Origin: Candidatus Paracaedibacteraceae bacterium
GTDB taxonomy: Bacteria > Pseudomonadota > Alphaproteobacteria > Paracaedibacterales > Paracaedibacteraceae
Direction: 5' to 3'
Assembly: GCA_019636035.1 (NCBI GenBank)
Contig: JAHBYI010000001.1
Location: forward strand, 147,508 to 179,507
Length of the DNA: 32,000 bases
Shown here: one piece after another, positions 29,240 to 32,000 of the stretch
How the letters are laid out: each line of letters starts with the position of its first letter
How positions within the stretch are numbered: position 1 is the stretch's first letter
The notes under the pieces: generated by a model
Told to the model about the DNA's origin: nothing
The model's database searches: none
The model's input: the letters and a program-made list of their open reading frames with translations, nothing else
Translations under genes and position numbers: made by a program

Positions 29240-29272
29240 ATTTTTACCTCTCCCACAAGGAGAGGTAAAAAT
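29240..29272. other. Perfect 14-bp inverted repeat (stem-loop) between vgrG and the MORN-repeat gene
   Basis: ATTTTTACCTCTCC (29240-29253), loop CACAA, GGAGAGGTAAAAAT (29259-29272). The T5 is 5' and the A5 is 3' of the GC core in both orientations, so it is not a canonical intrinsic terminator. Confidence 0.75.
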
Positions 29273-29291
29273 TCACCCCTTACAATCAAGA

Positions 29292-31610
29292 TTAATTCAG
29301 CTGTAACATACTGCCCTTGACTTGCGTCATTGTGCTCGAACTACCCACTTGCACTTTGCCATTACCCGTTACCTGAGTATCAGGCCCGCCATCGAGCGTC
29401 CCCTTAGTTTGCCCTGTCATCTTAACTTCGTTTCCACTCGCCTTGAAATCACCGGTTGCATCAATTTTTGTATCACCGTCTGAAGCTATCTTTGTATCGC
29501 CGGACGATGACAGTTTGATATCTCCGTCTGCTGTCAATTTCATATCTCCACCGGCCTTTAATTCAAGATCATCATCTGTTGAGATCGAAACAGCGCCTGC
29601 TACTTTGATCGTTAACCCGCCAGAAATCGTCAATTCATAATCCCCTGAAATGGTATGCGAGAAGGCATCACTGTTTGTATGGGTCTCAGCTTGAGTCACC
29701 GTAATATCACGCTTTCCCGTCACCGTTAAGGTCTGATCACCTTGATCGAGTTTTGTTGTCATATTCCCTTGTGTTAAGGTGATTTCCATATCCCCTTTTG
29801 TCAGGGTTGTTTTTTTATCCCCTTCATCAAGCTTAGTGATCATATTCCCCTTAGTGATCTCAATCGTATTATCACCCTTAGTCAACTTAAGGGTATGATC
29901 ACCTTGCTTGTCACCCTCAGCCTTAAGCTCAACAAGGCGGCATCCTTTATGCAAAGTCAACGTATCGCTACCGATTCCTTTACCCGATTCTTTGTCTTTC
30001 TTGGCCGTTTCGCCATGTAATGTCACTGTACGATCGCCAACCATGATGTCAGACGTATCATCGCCATCATTAATCTTTAACGTACGGTTATCTTCAACAA
30101 CGGTATTCATATCTTTTTGCGCATGAATATAAATTTCTTCTTCATCTTTTTTATCTTCGAATCGGAATTCGTTATTACCATTACCACCTTTGGTTGTATT
30201 GGAAAGAATCGTACTTTTTGTCGGCTCATCTTTGGCATAGGGCGGCATATTGTCACTATTATACACACACCCTGTAATCAAGGGACGATCAGGATCGCCT
30301 TCTAAAAAGGTGACAACAACTTCCATCCCAATGCGCGGCGTCCATAAACCACCCCAGCCGCTTCCTGCCCACAACTGAGCTACTCGGATCCAACAAGAGC
30401 TTTTTTCATCATCGCTCCCTTTTTGATCCCAATGAAATTTTACTTTGATACGACCGTACTCATCACACCAAATCTCCTCACCTGATTTTCCTGTAACCTT
30501 GGCTGTCTGAGTTGATGCTATGGTTGGTTTGTGCGTAACAATCGGTGACCTAAAGGGAACATCTGCGGGAAAGGCTTCGAATGTATTGGAATAGAGACGC
30601 TCGTCACCTGTTGCCAGTAAATTAATTTCATGAGTAACCTTATAGACGATATAACTTTTATTCAAATCATCACGCGGATGATTTTTGACCGTGAAACTCT
30701 TCATCGGTGATAAAAGTGGAGCCGATGATTGCCCTGAAATCATCTCCTTTCGCCATTCGAGCTCTTGGATACGGTTTGTTGAATACCCATCCCCCGTACC
30801 ACCGTCAGGATAATACCCGGGAAAGCGATAGACCTCCAGCCCTTCCCCCTCACCCGCTGCATTACTCAATAATTTCGTTGATGCTGTCTCAAAGTTATAA
30901 TCGGCTGTCTGAAATTTCTTGCTGACGACTTGCTTGGCATACCGTAGAAACTGAATCTCGTCATACCAAGGATCTCGATCACTAAAAGGCGTCATAGGTA
31001 ATTCAGTATAGGCACTCTCAGCAGTTGATGAATCATCACCAATAACCATTTCTTCGCCACTAGCTGAATGATCAAAGGAGTAAAAGATCCCTTCACCTTC
31101 GAAAAGACGGGAGATAAAATCAAAATAACTCTCTCGATACTGAACACAATATTCATAGGAAGATTGACCGCAAGAAGACGTCTGATCTTTCTTTTTGGTA
31201 ACCCCATATTGCCCCAACAGATCATTAACAATATCCATTGCAGATTTCTCTTGGAAAATCTGATGATCCTGACTGAATTTCAAAATCCAGAATTTCGGGT
31301 ATAATTTTGCATAGTACTTTGTGAGCTCAATATTATTGCCGGCATCATCGACATTGACTGTAAACCCTTGTGAAATTTCACCGACAATACCTGAAAAATA
31401 ACGTGTTTCAGAACCATAGTTAAACGTAACCGTAATATCTTGTCCCACAAGATCATCAAAAGCCAAATCGTGTTGTTTAGAGTGCATTTCAAGATCGATC
31501 TCAAAGGGCATCGAAATCCCCTCGATACACTTAAGTTTATCGATAATCAAGACATCAGGACCCAGTGGTGTCTTAACTGTTAGATTGAGATCAGAATGTT
31601 TAACATACAT
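29292..31610 (-). CDS. vgrG: Type VI secretion system spike protein VgrG (TssI), non-evolved (no C-terminal effector domain)
   Basis: The N-terminal region is gp27-like. The gp5 OB-fold hallmark is KVKFHWDQ...WIRVAQLWAGSGWGGLWTPRIGMEVVVTFLEGDPDRPLITGCVYN. A long C-terminal beta-helix follows. I chose the ATG at 31610 (GGAAGGAG upstream). The longest ORF starts at 31631 (779 aa). AAGGAG/CTCCTT (31611-31626) can pair to form a 6-bp hairpin over the SD. Confidence 0.9.
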   Translation of the reverse strand: MYVKHSDLNLTVKTPLGPDVLIIDKLKCIEGISMPFEIDLEMHSKQHDLAFDDLVGQDITVTFNYGSETRYFSGIVGEISQGFTVNVDDAGNNIELTKYYAKLYPKFWILKFSQDHQIFQEKSAMDIVNDLLGQYGVTKKKDQTSSCGQSSYEYCVQYRESYFDFISRLFEGEGIFYSFDHSASGEEMVIGDDSSTAESAYTELPMTPFSDRDPWYDEIQFLRYAKQVVSKKFQTADYNFETASTKLLSNAAGEGEGLEVYRFPGYYPDGGTGDGYSTNRIQELEWRKEMISGQSSAPLLSPMKSFTVKNHPRDDLNKSYIVYKVTHEINLLATGDERLYSNTFEAFPADVPFRSPIVTHKPTIASTQTAKVTGKSGEEIWCDEYGRIKVKFHWDQKGSDDEKSSCWIRVAQLWAGSGWGGLWTPRIGMEVVVTFLEGDPDRPLITGCVYNSDNMPPYAKDEPTKSTILSNTTKGGNGNNEFRFEDKKDEEEIYIHAQKDMNTVVEDNRTLKINDGDDTSDIMVGDRTVTLHGETAKKDKESGKGIGSDTLTLHKGCRLVELKAEGDKQGDHTLKLTKGDNTIEITKGNMITKLDEGDKKTTLTKGDMEITLTQGNMTTKLDQGDQTLTVTGKRDITVTQAETHTNSDAFSHTISGDYELTISGGLTIKVAGAVSISTDDDLELKAGGDMKLTADGDIKLSSSGDTKIASDGDTKIDATGDFKASGNEVKMTGQTKGTLDGGPDTQVTGNGKVQVGSSSTMTQVKGSMLQLN
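29430..29549 (-). repeat. Five consecutive 24-nt (octapeptide) beta-helix repeats inside the vgrG 3' region
   Basis: The translation is GDMKLTAD GDIKLSSS GDTKIASD GDTKIDAT GDFKASGN (aa 695-734 of the 779-aa ORF). Looser copies of the same periodicity extend upstream (TKGDNTIEITKGNMITKLDEGDKKTTLTKGDMEITLTQGNMTTKLDQGD). Confidence 0.8.
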
Positions 31611-31844
31611 AAGGAGATCACTCCTTCCCATAAGACCAGATAGTAATTCGCGCTATTCACCTTAATTCTCCCGCGATTCAGATCAACACTCAATAAAAAT
31701 ATTGATAAATTATAAAAAAATGCGTGTCATTCAAATCACACTTAATTTTAAAATAATTTTATAATCTTTCTTTTCATTGAACACGCTCAACAAACAATCT
31801 TATCCTATGAGTGTGAAATTTAGACAATTTTTAGGAGTAGTAAA

Positions 31845-32000
31845 ATGAAAAAATTTGCTTTAGCACTTGTTGCAGCAACAGCAATTTCCGGTGCAAACGC
31901 TGAAATCGGAAGCGGTGTTTATCTTGGAGCCAACGCTGCCATGAATTTCTTGTCAGGCGATGTAAAGCTTACAGATGGCGTAAACACAACAACAGTTGAC
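31845..32000 (+). CDS. 5' end of a secreted / outer-membrane beta-barrel (porin or Omp25/OmpA-like) protein, partial
   Basis: AGGAG (31833-31837) lies 7 nt before the ATG. The signal peptide is MKKFALALVAATAISGANA with an ANA-E cleavage site, followed by the Gly/Ala/aromatic beta-strand-like sequence IGSGVYLGANAAMNFLSG. The frame is open to the window end. Confidence 0.6.
   Translation, partial: MKKFALALVAATAISGANAEIGSGVYLGANAAMNFLSGDVKLTDGVNTTTVD

Noticed and set aside
31632-31844. Small ORF MRVIQITLNFKIIL and a GCGTGT...ACACGC inverted pair in the vgrG/omp divergent spacer
   Set aside because: The ORF is 14 codons with no SD. The 6-bp arms lie about 55 nt apart, which is within chance expectation for an AT-rich region.
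1-32000. Search for CRISPR arrays, IS elements or transposases, integrases, rRNA genes and prophage genes
   Set aside because: I found no regularly spaced repeats. No ORF carries DDE, tyrosine-recombinase or serine-recombinase motifs. There is no rRNA-like sequence. These feature types are absent from this window.

Overview
This is a chromosomal segment from an alphaproteobacterium-like genome. The lineage call rests on the gene order secY-adk-rpsM-rpsK-rpoA-rplQ with no infA, rpmJ or rpsD, and is low confidence; the sequence is moderately AT-rich. The centre (7.7-22.5 kb, minus strand) is one uninterrupted tRNA-Tyr / tRNA-Gly / tuf / S10 / spc / alpha ribosomal super-operon of 28 protein genes plus 2 tRNAs, ending in a textbook intrinsic terminator. 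On the left are the 3' end of an HI0933-type flavoprotein, an orphan T6SS ATPase (tssH/clpV), a HlyD + ABC ATPase + ABC-2 permease exporter, an APH(6)-family kinase and phnA. On the right is a mosaic accessory block with three parts. (i) A tightly overlapped three-gene operon encodes a heme-oxygenase-like di-iron protein, a 6-TM CqsS/LqsS-like histidine kinase and an LqsR-like atypical response regulator. (ii) A divergent 935-938 aa Upf1/DNA2-like SF1B helicase carries an unassigned ~300 aa N-terminal domain. (iii) A minimal vgrG island consists of VgrG plus a MORN/YwqK-repeat protein, separated by a perfect 14-bp hairpin. A signal-peptide outer-membrane protein gene starts at the right edge. 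The best candidate for an undescribed system is the Cqs/Lqs-type receptor module, which is coupled to a heme-oxygenase-like enzyme instead of the usual PLP-dependent CqsA/LqsA synthase. The helicase and the split, minimal T6SS pieces come second. I found no CRISPR array, transposase, integrase or rRNA. All functional calls rest on motif recognition by eye, with no searches run.
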